Below are positions 1-11,100 of a stretch of DNA of 64,000 nt, piece by piece. Under the pieces are notes generated by a model. That model did not search any database and had not been told where the DNA came from. It saw only the letters and a list, made by a program, of their open reading frames with translations. A program made the translations under genes and the position numbers. The DNA is from a virus, in the IMG/VR virus record IMGVR_UViG_3300016472_001104, positions 28,042 through 92,041 of that record. One strand, given 5' to 3'. Each line of letters begins with the position of its first letter. The stretch's first letter is position 1.

Positions 1-22
1 TTCAAAAAATGCAGCAAAAGGA

Positions 23-3000
23 TTGACACTTTTATCTGCTGCGTCTAAGGCACTAAGTGCAGCGTTTAATACGATAAAGTTCGGTGTCACAGGATTAATA
101 GACGTCATTTCAAGCCTTTTTGGTGCCGCAATGACGTTGGGAAAACTCGTATTTAACTTTGTCTCAGCCCTTTGGGAAAAAGTCTTTGACATGGCGAAGG
201 AGATGATGCAACAGGGGGTTGAGTACGCCAGAGCCGTAGAAGAAATAAGGGAAAAATTTGGTGATGTGTCAAAGGGTGTCGGTAAGGCCGTCGTTGACAT
301 GGGAAATCAAATTTTTGCGGGAGGTGCTGCAGGCCTATCAGGTTTCGCGCTTTTTGAAAACAAAGCAGATGCGTTAAGAAAAATGGGTGAAATGGCTGCG
401 GCCGGAGGCGCTGCTTTCGAATTATTGATTGATCAATTTAGAGGAAAAAACCTTAACGATTTATACGCATTCAAGGAGGGTCTTGGTCTCACAAATGAAG
501 AGTTTGCTGGAATGACACGTGCAGCAATCGTTGCAGGCAAACCAATCAAGAGTTTAATGTTAGATGTTCAAAAATATGCCAGAGGTTTAACAAATGAGTT
601 TGGTGGAACTGCAAAGGCGTTTAAATCAATCTCGCGTGATATAGTGAAGGCAAGAATGGATGTCAGGCACTTTGCAAACGTTGCCACAAAGGACCTGGCT
701 GCCGCTGCTATGTATGCCCGTAAGCTTGGTGTTGAACTTGAAAAGATCGTTGGCATCATGGATGCATTTGATACGTTTGACTCTGCCGCAGAAAACGTAT
801 CTAAGCTGTCACAGGCGTTCGGCGTCAACTTAGACGTCATGGAATTGATGAGTGCAAAGACGCCGACCGAGCAGGTCGAAATGATCAAGAAATCGTTTGC
901 TGCGGCCGGCAAGTCAGTTGAGACGATGAATCGTCAAGAATTGAAATACCTTGCAACTACGTTGAGCCTCGATGAGGCGACAACCCAACAATTGTTGTCT
1001 ACCAAGAATCAAGGTGTCGCAATGGACAAGTTGAACAAATCAACAAAGTCTATGGAACACCAGATGTTAGACACCGCCTCGGCCATGAAGGATATCATGG
1101 GTGAAATCAAGAAGGTCGTCAGGGAAATTCAGATACAAGGAAGTGGGTTCTTCAGCGTATTTCTTGAGGGATTCATGCAAGGTATCGTCAGGTCTGGTCC
1201 TTTTAGGAACATGTTGAAGGATATTGCCCAGGCTATTGTCAAGGTGAGAAATGCCGGAATAAAGCTCGGAATGATCTTTGTTGAAACATTTCCAGGGCTA
1301 AAAAAGATGATGGAATCATTGGGTCACCTCATGCCAAAGATTTCAAACCTTTTCACAGTATGGGGAAACACCGCTGCAAACTTCTTTAAACAATTGAAGG
1401 AAGGAAAGGCAAATGTTGATGATTTTATTGACTCTTTGATCGGCGACACAAAGGGATTCTTCAGATCTGCCGGTAAGGACGGAGAAGATTTCCTTGATGG
1501 TGTCTCTGAGGTGTTCGGTGCATTTGGAACGATACTCAAAGGAATTGCGATAAAAATCGTCAAGACGATCGGCGAGGTCCTTCAAAAGGCGTTTTCTTTC
1601 ATTGCAGACGTGTTAGAAGGAAAGAAGAGCATTTCTGAAATACTATCGAATCAATTTGGCAAAGTTGGTGGTGCAGCGACCAAGGGTTATAACAAGGCCA
1701 AGAAAGAATTATCACCGGTGTGGGATGCATTGGTCGGAGCATTTGAAAAAGTTCAACCACAACTTGAAAGAATCTGGAATGCCATAGTTGAAAAGATGAA
1801 AAAAGGATTCGATGAATTTCTAGATTATCTTGGAAAAAAATGGCAATCATTTGATTTAATAGGTTTTATTGCCAATAATCCTAAAGCAAGTTTTATGTTG
1901 ACACTCTGGGGGATTAGTAAGTTTCCAGGTGTTGTAAGCGCTGGTGCAGATTTTGCTAAGTTTTTTTTCAGAGGATTTTCATCAGTTGGTATACCTGCAC
2001 TAAAAAATGTTTTTGAAAACGTTCAAGCAAATTTTGCTCCAGGTGGTGCAGGGTTAAAAGGTTTACCTGGAATGATGTCTAAAAACACAAAGGTCGGTGG
2101 TGGTATGGCCCTAGCTGGCGTTGCGGCGGGTATGGGTGCTGATAAACTTTATGAATCAGGTCATGAACGCCTTGGCGGTGCAGCACGTATGGGTTCCCGT
2201 GCGCTTGAATTTGGTGGATTAGGGATGATGGTTGGTGGTCCTCTTGGAGCCGCCGCTGGTGCCGCTCTCGGTTTAGCATATGCAACAGCATTTGATGGTG
2301 CTTTGGATGATGTTCTTGTTACTAAGCTTCCATCCGCTGAAAAAGTACAAAAAACAGCTGAAGACATATTGTCACACAAAGGTGCATTAAAAGTTGAAAT
2401 CTCAAAAACAACAACAAGTCAATCATTTCTTAATTTAAAAGAAAACCTTGATCAACAGCGAGCACGTTATATTGCTGAAGCAACATCAACATGGAACGTT
2501 GATGATCAAGAGATCGAAAATATGCATGGAATGATGGAGGAATATTTTGCCTCAACTATTCCTCAAATGTCTGAAGCGCAAATTAGAGATCTTGCAAAAC
2601 AAGAAGAATATTCATTAAATAAGGTCGGGGAAGGTTTAAATACCGCAAGGATGTTTAGTATCAAGCAGTTAGAGGAAGAACACAAAGGTGAATACCTTAC
2701 GATGGAACAGCTTGGTGAACTTGGTTTATCTGATCAAGCAAAAGCTGTGTTTAGGAGTTACCAAAGAATTAGAAAGTTGAATGATGCGGTTAATGAGAAA
2801 TCAAAAGCCGCTGCAAATGTTTCTACATCTGTAGGAGCCTCTGCAAGTGCCTCCGCAGAGGCCTCAGCGGCAGCAGCAAAGAAAGCAGAAGAAGAAGGAA
2901 AGAGGATGATGGAAGAGACCATTGATGAAATGGGTCTTACAACTGTTGATAATGTTGATGAAAGAATAAAAAAGATTTTATCGGTTGGCGAAAAGATCTC

Positions 3001-3784
3001 TGGTAGTAAAGATAAATTTGAAGAGCAAATGAAAAAGGTTAGAGCTGACCTTGCAAGCATGAATTTTTCTTTATTTGAAAACGAAGGAGATCGTAATAAA
3101 TTCGCGAAGAATCTCGGTGATGCATCATCCATCCTTACGTTTATAACAACGATGGAAAAACTTATCGTATCAATGGACAATCTGAACAAGGCGGCAACAA
3201 ACTTCGGTGGTGCAGACCAACAGGCATCGATACTAGGAAAATTCTTAAAAAACATATCATCGATCAAGAGTGGATTTGAATCGATATCAAACACATTCAA
3301 GGGTGCTGCGTCTGCTGACTTTAGTGGTATTGAATCTTTCATACAACTGACAGAGAAGCTAAGTGATCATTCAGGAAAAATTGTTGAAAATCTTGAAGAG
3401 TTTGGTGAAAACGTTGGAAAGATTCAAGTCAGCAAGACGATGGACGCAATAAGGGGGTTGTCGAGATCCTTGGCAGATATGCAAGCAGAGATGAAAAAGA
3501 CCCTGGAAGAAGGTGCAAAAGGTGTCAGTATTAAACTAGCACCCGCTCAAACAAATCTTGCAGGAAAGGGTGGAGTACAGGTCAAGAGTACCCCGATACA
3601 GCAAAACATCAAAATCGAAGTTCAGATGAAGACTTCAGATATTGAACAGATGATATTCAAGGATTCAAAGTCAATAACGTTGGAGGGTCTTAATAAGACT
3701 CTTGAAATGGTAAATGCTCATCAAGCAGACAACAAGTTGTTTTATACCGGCGTAGGATTTACTGCTATTCCTCCAAAGTCATAA
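23..3784 (+). CDS. Tail tape-measure-like protein (probably 5'-partial, frame likely open beyond the window edge)
   Basis: 1253 aa, Ala/Gly/Lys-rich and helical, with a Gly-rich hydrophobic stretch (GGLGMMVGGPLGAAAGAALG); lies upstream of baseplate-like genes; TTG start at the window edge. Confidence 0.65.
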   Translation: MTLLSAASKALSAAFNTIKFGVTGLIDVISSLFGAAMTLGKLVFNFVSALWEKVFDMAKEMMQQGVEYARAVEEIREKFGDVSKGVGKAVVDMGNQIFAGGAAGLSGFALFENKADALRKMGEMAAAGGAAFELLIDQFRGKNLNDLYAFKEGLGLTNEEFAGMTRAAIVAGKPIKSLMLDVQKYARGLTNEFGGTAKAFKSISRDIVKARMDVRHFANVATKDLAAAAMYARKLGVELEKIVGIMDAFDTFDSAAENVSKLSQAFGVNLDVMELMSAKTPTEQVEMIKKSFAAAGKSVETMNRQELKYLATTLSLDEATTQQLLSTKNQGVAMDKLNKSTKSMEHQMLDTASAMKDIMGEIKKVVREIQIQGSGFFSVFLEGFMQGIVRSGPFRNMLKDIAQAIVKVRNAGIKLGMIFVETFPGLKKMMESLGHLMPKISNLFTVWGNTAANFFKQLKEGKANVDDFIDSLIGDTKGFFRSAGKDGEDFLDGVSEVFGAFGTILKGIAIKIVKTIGEVLQKAFSFIADVLEGKKSISEILSNQFGKVGGAATKGYNKAKKELSPVWDALVGAFEKVQPQLERIWNAIVEKMKKGFDEFLDYLGKKWQSFDLIGFIANNPKASFMLTLWGISKFPGVVSAGADFAKFFFRGFSSVGIPALKNVFENVQANFAPGGAGLKGLPGMMSKNTKVGGGMALAGVAAGMGADKLYESGHERLGGAARMGSRALEFGGLGMMVGGPLGAAAGAALGLAYATAFDGALDDVLVTKLPSAEKVQKTAEDILSHKGALKVEISKTTTSQSFLNLKENLDQQRARYIAEATSTWNVDDQEIENMHGMMEEYFASTIPQMSEAQIRDLAKQEEYSLNKVGEGLNTARMFSIKQLEEEHKGEYLTMEQLGELGLSDQAKAVFRSYQRIRKLNDAVNEKSKAAANVSTSVGASASASAEASAAAAKKAEEEGKRMMEETIDEMGLTTVDNVDERIKKILSVGEKISGSKDKFEEQMKKVRADLASMNFSLFENEGDRNKFAKNLGDASSILTFITTMEKLIVSMDNLNKAATNFGGADQQASILGKFLKNISSIKSGFESISNTFKGAASADFSGIESFIQLTEKLSDHSGKIVENLEEFGENVGKIQVSKTMDAIRGLSRSLADMQAEMKKTLEEGAKGVSIKLAPAQTNLAGKGGVQVKSTPIQQNIKIEVQMKTSDIEQMIFKDSKSITLEGLNKTLEMVNAHQADNKLFYTGVGFTAIPPKS

Positions 3785-3807
3785 ATAAAATCTTTATATT
3801 TGTAAAA

Positions 3808-4092
3808 ATGAAAACCCAAAACCTAGAAGATTACCTAAAAAACTTAAGATCAGATCCAACTCATGCTGCACTTATTAAGAAAGTTCCGCAAGAGGAACGA
3901 AAAAAAGTGATCAATCTTGTCGAGTACATAACAAGCACGTTGTTTGAAAGCATGACGTTAGCTATGAGCGCAGCAGCGTCTGATCCTGAAATTTCGCAAC
4001 AACTTACCGAGGCGTTGAAAGACGGAAACGGGATAATTAAGGAGAGCGATGGTTCACCCATTGTATCCACGGAAAAACCGGAAGAAAAGTGA
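3808..4092 (+). CDS. Hypothetical protein in tail module
   Basis: 94-aa ORF filling the gap between two large structural ORFs. Confidence 0.6.
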   Translation: MKTQNLEDYLKNLRSDPTHAALIKKVPQEERKKVINLVEYITSTLFESMTLAMSAAASDPEISQQLTEALKDGNGIIKESDGSPIVSTEKPEEK

Positions 4093-4101
4093 CGGTGTTC
4101 A

Positions 4102-7100
4102 ATGTCTGATATAAAAACTGGAAACAAGGGGTTTGTCAATCCCATCGACGGAAAGGTTTATCACATCGATCAGGTTCCTGTCGGTGAGGATGGCGTTAAC
4201 ATACCAGACAACCTAAAACCCGTTGATCCAGGAAATATTAAGATAGATTCAACTGTCAAGGACATCGGGAAGAAAACGCGATTGACGTTGGGAACATACC
4301 TCAGCGAGCTAACGAAGGGAAACGTAGGTTCAACCAGCGTTTCTAACAAGTATACAATCGATCCTCCCACTGATGCAACCCAGACATCAACCATTGTTGA
4401 TGAAAAAGGCTATCCATCACCGATATCACCCTCACAAAATTCGAAACAATTTAATAAGGGTTTACCTTCATCATTTTCAAATGAATTTTCTAAGTTGCAG
4501 CAAGGTGGAGAGAAGATAAAGAAAGGGTTATCATCTGTCGACGCTCCGGACGGAAACACGTTGCTACCGGATGCAAAGAAGCAAGGATCACCAATTCCTG
4601 AATATACGTCTTCTGTCGTATCAAACAATGTTTTTAACTCTGAAGTAAACACGTATCTTGATCCGGAAATAGATCCGACCGCTCCTCCTGCGTCTTTTGA
4701 ACCAGAGATTAACGACATTGCTGGTGGTGAAGCAAAGGGTGTTTATTCTGGAGCTGACAAAGACCCTCTAACCCTAAAAGAGTCCCGTCAGAAGGCCGTT
4801 GATGCCACGGAGAAGAATAGGTTTTCTTTGGACAAGACATCCGCAGATAAACCTCTTTCTTCAACGACAGATCCCGTGACCGGGGTGCCCTCTCAGCTAA
4901 GCGGGCAATCAAATGAAAATTCTTACGTTCCTGGGATCGACATAAAGCCTCAATCGTCTGATCCCAGTCTTGTTGGAACTGGTTTTTCAAAAGGAAAAAA
5001 TGTCAAGGTAGAGTATGACGGTCACAATCTTCTAAAGACCGTGTCTGGAAACACAAATACAACGACCAACAACCTTGCTAAAAAATCAAGCGGTGTTGGC
5101 GGTGCAACTGATGATGAGTTTGGCGTCCCCGTCAACAATGGAAAGAACGTTCCATCAGGTCATCCAATTTCAAGTTATAAAACCGGTGGTTTGGGAGTCT
5201 TGTCTGCAGGAAATAATCGTTGGGCACCCAAGGTCACATCAGATCCAGGTTTCAATCCTTCATTAAAGGTTGTGGGTCAGTCTGAACCGGTGTCTCATTT
5301 GAAGATGGCCAAGGTTGGAACGGGACTTTTGCAACGTGCGTCTGCAGAAATACCAGCTTTTACTGCTGATAGATTTGATCCTACGTCTAACACTGCGGAA
5401 TTAGGTGCGATTTTGCCCTCTGCTGCCCAATTAGGAATATTAAAGGTTAATAACCAGTTATTGAGTGCAAAGGATGTGTTAAATTCACTTGAAGATTCTG
5501 AAGTTGATACTGCCTCTTTGTCATCAATTGCACCGTTCGGTGGACAATCATGGGGAAATTTAACGTCACCATCAGAACCCTTTGATGATCCCAGCAGCAT
5601 CGGACTTAGCGTAACGATGCTATTGATGGTTAATGCAATCACGCTTTTATTAGATTCGATTGCACCTCCAGGTAATGGTGATCGACCAATAAAAACCGAA
5701 AAAGGTCGTAGGGTAAAAGGAAAGAGCACGTTTAAAGCTGAAAATAATTCTTTTGCATTTGATGTTTGGAAGTTTTTTGGAATCTATCAAACAAGAAACA
5801 ACTTTAGGCGAGCTGTATCCGTGGGCAGTAAGGCATTCTTTTTAGGGGGTAAGAATGCAGGTATCACAAACGGTGACTTGGCACTTGCGACCTTAGGAGC
5901 AGGCCTTGATTCAATCATCGGTGATGGTTCTGCTGTCGGTGCAAACCTTTCAGTGTGCAGAACGATCATCAGATCAGGCTTGATCATTGCTGATTATTTT
6001 TCTTCAATTTACAAGAGAGGTGTTGAAAGTTTCACCGGAGGTGCCAAGGCATCACTGGGACTTGTCAAAATCGTTAGGTCTTCTAAACTGGTTCGTGCTC
6101 TCAACGTTTTTGCGATGCTAGGTGATAATGTGATCGAAGCGAGCCGTGGCCCCGCGCTCACAAATCCAGACGGAAGTTTTGAGAAGTTTTCAGGTCCTGA
6201 TTCAATTGACCCAAACTTCTTTGATATTGATAAAGGTAACAAAAAAATTAAAGGAATCAAAGGCAGTCAAACATCAATTAAAAAAAGCAGATTAACATAC
6301 GGCGATAATTATGATCCCACTTTGGCATGGTCATCAGCTCGTTCTCCATCAATTTATTTGACAAATCCTGGAATAACCGCGATAGTAGCGCAAGATTCTG
6401 AAGGAAATTTAGGATCATTTAAAGGTAGTGCGTTGTTATCAAACAAAAGCAACGGTGGAACTCCACACGCGATATTTCACAAAACTGCCGAAAGTGGAAC
6501 GTCAAGGATCAGTAATGACGACAGGGAAGTTTTTGAAAGAATCCTTGATGCAGAGTACGTACCGTTTTCCTTTCACGACGTGAGAACGAATGAGGTCATT
6601 TCTTTTCATGCATTCCTTGCATCACTAACAGATGATTACACCGTTGCATACGATACGACAGAAGGTTTTGGAAGGATTGAGCCCGTTAAAACTTACAAGG
6701 GAACGATAAGAAGGATTGGAATGAGCTTCTACGTTGCTGCGACGTCGGAGCAAGATTTCGACCACATGTGGTTTAAGATCAATAAGCTGTCAACGATGGT
6801 ATATCCTCAGTACACGTCAGGAAGAGATTTATTACCAGGAAATTACAGCTTCAAAGCTCCATTTAGTCAATTGCCTGCAGCAAGCCCCTTGATAAGAATC
6901 AGGCTTGGAGATTTAATACGATCAAATTATTCTAGGTTTGCACTGGCAAGGTTGTTCGGTGCTGCTGATGGAACGATGAAATTGCCTAATTCTGACGCAG
7001 TTAATTTTGATAGTGAACAAACTAAAAGAGTTAACAAATTAGCAAAATCTTTTCAAGAATCTACAAACCCAATATTTGTTGGAAAATCTTTAGATAAATT

Positions 7101-7764
7101 TGCGTTTAATGATAAATTTCAACATAATAGTTTTTTTGATCTTTATCTAGAGGATGAATTAAGTGATGATTTGATCATTTCTTTAAAAGAAACTGGCGTT
7201 GTTAATTCAGTAAAAATTAAACAAATTTCTAGTGAAGATTCTGAAGAATATATCGTTGATTGTAATGTTTCTTTTAATCGTGTACAGATTGAAACTACGT
7301 CAATTATTGAAGAATTTTTAAGTGATGTTTCAAAAAAATATTTTTCAAATTTAAATCTTACATTTTCTATCCCGCCTGATAATCCTATTTTTTATCAGCT
7401 TTATCAATTTCAAGCAGGATTGCAATTAGGAATTGATATAAAATCCGCAGGTGAATTTGCTGCACTAGATAGTTTCATGCAGCCTGAAAACAATGCAATT
7501 GTTAAATCTTTTGAATCAGCTGCGGGTCGAGGTTTAGCAGGTGTTATTGAAACCATGAATTTTGATTGGTATGATAAGGTCACGTGGTCAACAGATTTTG
7601 GTCGCACTGCACCGAAGATGTGCAAGGTGACGATATCCTTCTCACCGATCCATGATATTTCTCCTGGAATTGATCACTTGGGTTACAATAGGGCTCCTAT
7701 ATATCCTGTCGGCGCTGGATCTGCACCATCAATAACTAAAAAACCAGTACCAGATGAAATCTAA
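4102..7764 (+). CDS. Large tail/baseplate protein with C-terminal tube-initiator-like domain
   Basis: C-terminal FHAFLASLTDDY...GRIEPVKTYKGTIRRIGMSF...SPLIRIRLGDL...PKMCKVTISFSPIH pattern resembles contractile-tail tube-initiator domains; Pro/Ser/Thr-rich N-terminus; position between tape measure and LysM-like gene. Confidence 0.5.
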   Translation: MSDIKTGNKGFVNPIDGKVYHIDQVPVGEDGVNIPDNLKPVDPGNIKIDSTVKDIGKKTRLTLGTYLSELTKGNVGSTSVSNKYTIDPPTDATQTSTIVDEKGYPSPISPSQNSKQFNKGLPSSFSNEFSKLQQGGEKIKKGLSSVDAPDGNTLLPDAKKQGSPIPEYTSSVVSNNVFNSEVNTYLDPEIDPTAPPASFEPEINDIAGGEAKGVYSGADKDPLTLKESRQKAVDATEKNRFSLDKTSADKPLSSTTDPVTGVPSQLSGQSNENSYVPGIDIKPQSSDPSLVGTGFSKGKNVKVEYDGHNLLKTVSGNTNTTTNNLAKKSSGVGGATDDEFGVPVNNGKNVPSGHPISSYKTGGLGVLSAGNNRWAPKVTSDPGFNPSLKVVGQSEPVSHLKMAKVGTGLLQRASAEIPAFTADRFDPTSNTAELGAILPSAAQLGILKVNNQLLSAKDVLNSLEDSEVDTASLSSIAPFGGQSWGNLTSPSEPFDDPSSIGLSVTMLLMVNAITLLLDSIAPPGNGDRPIKTEKGRRVKGKSTFKAENNSFAFDVWKFFGIYQTRNNFRRAVSVGSKAFFLGGKNAGITNGDLALATLGAGLDSIIGDGSAVGANLSVCRTIIRSGLIIADYFSSIYKRGVESFTGGAKASLGLVKIVRSSKLVRALNVFAMLGDNVIEASRGPALTNPDGSFEKFSGPDSIDPNFFDIDKGNKKIKGIKGSQTSIKKSRLTYGDNYDPTLAWSSARSPSIYLTNPGITAIVAQDSEGNLGSFKGSALLSNKSNGGTPHAIFHKTAESGTSRISNDDREVFERILDAEYVPFSFHDVRTNEVISFHAFLASLTDDYTVAYDTTEGFGRIEPVKTYKGTIRRIGMSFYVAATSEQDFDHMWFKINKLSTMVYPQYTSGRDLLPGNYSFKAPFSQLPAASPLIRIRLGDLIRSNYSRFALARLFGAADGTMKLPNSDAVNFDSEQTKRVNKLAKSFQESTNPIFVGKSLDKFAFNDKFQHNSFFDLYLEDELSDDLIISLKETGVVNSVKIKQISSEDSEEYIVDCNVSFNRVQIETTSIIEEFLSDVSKKYFSNLNLTFSIPPDNPIFYQLYQFQAGLQLGIDIKSAGEFAALDSFMQPENNAIVKSFESAAGRGLAGVIETMNFDWYDKVTWSTDFGRTAPKMCKVTISFSPIHDISPGIDHLGYNRAPIYPVGAGSAPSITKKPVPDEI

Positions 7765-7812
7765 CATTAACGTGGGAATCATTAACGTTTAATGTGATAG
7801 TTAATTGTTGAA

Positions 7813-8109
7813 ATGGCCTTCAGTCGATATAGAGGTGCTCCTGTTCTTTCTTTAGGAAAGCAATATGGAACGTATAGGGCAATCGCAGCCGTGAGACAAG
7901 CGATAAAAAACGGAATCGTTCCGATTGTTTCAACAATAACGATCAAAGAGGGACAACGATTAGATCATCTCGCTGGGCTTTATTATAATGATTCAAATCT
8001 CTGGTGGGCAATTGCTGCAGCATCTGATATAGGATGGGGACTACAAGTACCGCCAGGAACAATAATCAACATACCAGACATTAATGCAATTTCTTCTATC
8101 GTTGGGTGA
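7813..8109 (+). CDS. LysM/tail-X-like baseplate protein
   Basis: TIKEGQRLDHLAGLYYNDSNLWWAIAAAS...PGTIINIP is a typical LysM-like baseplate motif. Confidence 0.8.
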   Translation: MAFSRYRGAPVLSLGKQYGTYRAIAAVRQAIKNGIVPIVSTITIKEGQRLDHLAGLYYNDSNLWWAIAAASDIGWGLQVPPGTIINIPDINAISSIVG

Positions 8110-8112
8110 TCT

Positions 8113-11100
8113 ATGGCCGATGTTGACTTAAAAGAGCTTACAGGGATTTATCGAAGTTTTTCTACGATAAACGATATAACTTCTGAGTACATTAGCACAA
8201 AAACTTCAGTAAACACAGACTATGTAAATAACTTGTTGAAAATTTTATTCCCAACAAGTTTAACGTTTCATTCTGGTTTATCGTTATGGAAAAAATTTAC
8301 TGAAATTGCAAGTGATTCTGAAAAAAAACTTTCTAAATTGGTTAGATTTTACTATTTTGAGCCGAATCAAACAAATAGTTCAAGTGCAATATCTAGTTGG
8401 TATAGCGAAAAGGGTGGTAGGCCTTCAACGTATGCTTATCCAAGCATCAATAAAGATCAAAAAAACAAAAATCAACCAGAATATTCTACGGGATCATCAT
8501 TGTCAGAAATGATGGATCCAGATGTTGTTGAAAAATTTAAGTCAAAAGTATCAATGATACTCGTTGATACACCGGCGATAGATTTGAAATTAAGAAATGC
8601 TGACAAAGTTGAGATCTTTGCAAATTATTTTCCTTCTGTGATGATGTCACAAACAGTTCCTTATTTAGACGTTAAATTTATAACGCAGAAGGACGTTATA
8701 ACAAATCCAAACTCAAAGATTATTGAAAAAGACGGGAAGCAAATACTGCTCACGGGTGGGTTTGATTTTTTAAGTCCAATTGGTTTTTTGAAAGGAAAGG
8801 GAATTTTTTCCGGGATTTCAAATGATCTGATGTATTCTGCATATAGCACTTATTATGATAAACACGGTTCAGTTCCTACAAGGCCACCATCAACATCCAA
8901 CAACGACCCTCCATCTGTGGGAAAAAACAGTTTGATGCAACAGGTATCTACGGGAATCGAAATGTTTACAATGCCTCAAACGTTGATCAACATGGATGAC
9001 GTAGATAAGGTAAACCCACGCTACAATCCCATATTGAATCTAACAGTTCCTTTTGGAGCAATTCAAAGTGTTTCGATAAATGCTGTACCGTCATATAGCG
9101 TATTTTCATTTAAAACAGCTGCGTTAACGATGAAGATATTTGATCGTTCTAGGCTCAATGAGATTGCAGAGATTTTAAATCCAATTCTATACTCAAAAAC
9201 AACAGTGTTATTAACTTACGGTTGGAGAGCACCAGCACAACCACACAACGTGCAACTACAAAACAAATATCACAATTTCATCAATGGAACAATGATGAAA
9301 AGTGAAACCTATGGGATTAGAAATTCATCAATTTCAATTGATAATTCAGGTGTGGTTAATGTCACCCTAGATTTATTCACAAAAGGAACGGCAGAGTTAA
9401 GAGATGTGACGCCCACAAGTGGAACTGAAAATTACAATACACAGCAAAATGAATTATTACAAAGGTTTGAAGATATAAAAAGGTTGGCGGAAAAATTAAA
9501 CATTGTATCGATAAAATCAGCCGGCGAAGACATTAGAGGTTCAATGTTACTTGGTGCTGCTCTTGGTGGAGGTTTTCCACAAATGTCAGAATATGATGCA
9601 TTTTATGATTTTAACAAATTACAAAATTCTCTTAGGCTGCAAAGTAACGAAAAAACCAAGAAAGATTCAGAAAAATTAATTAAGCTTATAAAAGATCTGT
9701 ATATTACAACGGCTGATTTAAGACCTAATAATAACGGTCAATTATTACAACAACAGTTTAACGCTGGAGGAGATCAAAACCAGGTAAAGACATATTTTCA
9801 AGGTAAAGCAACAAATACTGTTTATAAACAACAACAGGAAATTCAAAATGCTGCTAAAAAAATAATCAAAAGCAGATTTGAATCTTTAAAAAAGAATAAA
9901 ATTGATTTTTTCTCTTATATTCCAAAACTAGATAAACAACAAAAAGATTCTCAAGAGGTAAAAATTGCAAATCATCCTCTTCTTAATTTAACAGACAACA
10001 TAGTAAAGGAACTTGCTAACGCAAAAGGTGATGTCAATAGTTTTCTAGGTAGCATTAAATCAGATTATGGAGATTTTGGAAATCTTTCTTTTGGAAAGGT
10101 TTTGTTGACATACATCACATCTGCATGTCAAAACATCGATCCTAATGCAATTGCAGAAGAATATCAACTATTCTTTTACAACATGAACGAGAATGCAGGT
10201 CTTGTTGCAAATTTAAACATAGCTGAATTTCCAATAGAAATGTCAAGATTAGAGGATGCGTATACAAAAAGAGTCGTTGAACAAAGAGGCGAAAACATGA
10301 CGCTTTTAAACTTTCTTGAAATTGTTAGAGAGTCTCAATTTTCTGACATACGACATCCGGCATTTGGATTTGCAGATCTTTATGAAAAAAAGCAGGGTAC
10401 AGAAGACTTAATCTTAAAAGAAAAATGGGGTGCGCAGACTCTAGATGCTAATTTTATTCTTACGACTAGAGTAGCAAATGCAAACAAAGGTACGGGAGAA
10501 CCGTTTTGTCAACCAACTATAGATTTTTATGTAGAGAGTGGTTATTCACAGAGTGATTCAAATCAAAACATAGAAGATTTGCTGGTTGGGTTTGACAAGG
10601 TTTCAAATGAAAAAATCTTTAGGAAATCTCAACCTGAAAAGATAATCAGAATTCACATATATGATAAGGCTGCTTCACCGCACCAACTTGCCACAAGCAT
10701 GCTAAAATCTCAAAAAGGTTTTATAAGGAAAACAGGAAAATATAAACAAACACAACCTGTAAATCCTCCCAACCCACCCGCAAAACCCTTGTCAAAGGAA
10801 CAACAACAACAAAAGACTCAAGCAGAGGCATCTGCGCTTCAAAAAAAGAACCAAGAGATATCACAAATTACGGAGTCAGCAAAGAACGGTGATTTATCGT
10901 TGTTGAACAGTCGCAATGAGGCAACCGGTGAACCCGTAAGATACGAAAACATTTCATTCAGAGACGCAAACGGAAATCCAAGATTTGATCTACTAAAAAA
11001 GGAAATATCAAGGTTTGTTCCAACTTTAATCGTTGGTTCAGAAGGAAGCATGATAACAAATCTATCGTATAGTACGAACCAAGACAGTGCCTTAAGCACG

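Noticed and set aside
7764-7795. Short CATTAACGT direct/inverted repeat
   Set aside because: Only two short AT-rich copies; at most a weak hairpin
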